Origin: the human T2T-CHM13v2.0 reference genome, Homo sapiens
Direction: 5' to 3'
DNA: 64,000 nt
Assembly: GCA_009914755.4 (NCBI GenBank)
Contig: CP068257.2
Coordinates: 2,848,001 to 2,912,000 of the forward strand
Below the pieces are notes generated by a model that was not told where the DNA came from, searched no databases, and was given only the letters and a program-made list of their open reading frames with translations. The position numbers and the translations under genes are program-made. How positions within the stretch are numbered: position 1 is the stretch's first letter; each line of letters starts with the position of its first letter. Of the stretch, positions 62,901-64,000 are shown one piece after another.

Positions 62901-64000
62901 CAGATACCTTGTTTCAAAGGAAGTGAACATGAGCTAGCAAGTGTAGCCACCCCACAGCTGATAAACAACTTTGTCTTGTTTTTAAATCATCAATCTTCAT
63001 TTCACATTGGAATAAAGTAAGTGAAACCTGCTACCCCAGCCTCTCCCGTGTGTTCTGTAGCCCAGACTCATGTGGTTGTGTGGGCTGTTGTCAGAAATGT
63101 TATTAAAAGGTTATGCATAAATTAGATCAAATATAAAATTATGCTTATAATGTCACTTGATTGGGAGGTAAGAGGGTAGAGTCACAGGAAATCTGTTGGG
63201 GTTTACACCCCTGCTACTTACCAAGCTCATAAGAGTGTGGCACTGGTGACCATCACCTGACATTGGTGACAGAAGAGAAAAGGCCGAAGTGAAGGCCAGG
63301 TAGGAGAGAGGTGCCACGCTGTGGGGCCAGGCCCTGCGCATGCTGGGCCTGTTAGGTCACTGAACATCTAACTACCCGGGAACCAGCTCTTTTCACATCA
63401 TTTGAGGTAAGACGATGGGGGAGAACTCTCCAGAAGTCACACTGCGCTGGGAGAATGGAGGAGAGTCTACATCCCGCCTTCTTAGGGTAGGTTTTAGATT
63501 GAGCTGGACTGTCTTGGAGAGCTAATGAGATGGGAGGAAGACAGTCCCCCAGGTGCACCTGACAGCCAGAGCCTATGAAGTTAGGGGGGTTGTGTGGGGG
63601 TGGCCTGTCCCTATAAGAGGAGGAGCTTAAAGCTCTTAAAGCTGGTGGCTGCTGCTCTGCCATCCCTCTACAGAGCAGGCAAGTCCTCAGCTGCACGAAT
63701 ATCTGAATGTCTTTTGGAGTGTTAGAGTCCTCTGTGTCTTAGAAATTTTGAAAAGAAAAACAAATCTCAATTTTAATGTTGATTAGTTTCTCTGAGCCAA
63801 TTGGGAAAAAAAACGTCCTTCACCTCAAAGGTTTAAGTCACACCGAAGGGTAGCCAACAGTGTCTCGGCCACTGAAGCCTCATGCACGCTCTCACTACCA
63901 GTTTGATTTGCAGCCCCATAGTTGTGTTGTACTACATATTCTTTCCTCTGGCCTTGTCCAGTGAACACGGTTCACATGGCTAACACCACTTCTTGAGATG
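44948..64000. repeat. right arm of the palindrome; continues beyond the window end
   Basis: Reverse complement of 20034-39054; the last bases of the window (63961-64000) match the reverse complement of ~20034-20075. Confidence 0.93.

Overview
This window is primate nuclear DNA, human-like, and has no prokaryotic content. The main structure is a large inverted duplication (palindrome). The left arm runs from ≤20034 to ~39054 and the right arm from ~44948 to ≥64000, and the right arm continues past the window edge. The arms are separated by a unique AT-rich spacer of ~5.9 kb. They are ~96-98% identical, differ by several small indels, and share the same nested Alu and L1 insertions. The first ~20 kb is a dense L1/Alu field. 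It holds several degenerate L1 ORF2 fragments, at least eight Alu elements, and one young-looking Alu with an intact 13-bp target-site duplication. It also contains a CTDSP2 (SCP2 phosphatase) processed pseudogene with a poly-A tail at ~10375-12268, a ~650-bp CpG island at ~15855-16500, and a pure (CTT)~25 triplet repeat seeded at an Alu tail inside an antisense L1. Most ORFs in the supplied six-frame track fall in Alu, L1, microsatellite or GC-rich non-coding sequence, and I do not call any of them a protein-coding gene. No rRNA, tRNA or CRISPR arrays were seen. All coordinates come from by-eye alignment and are approximate (±10-30 bp).
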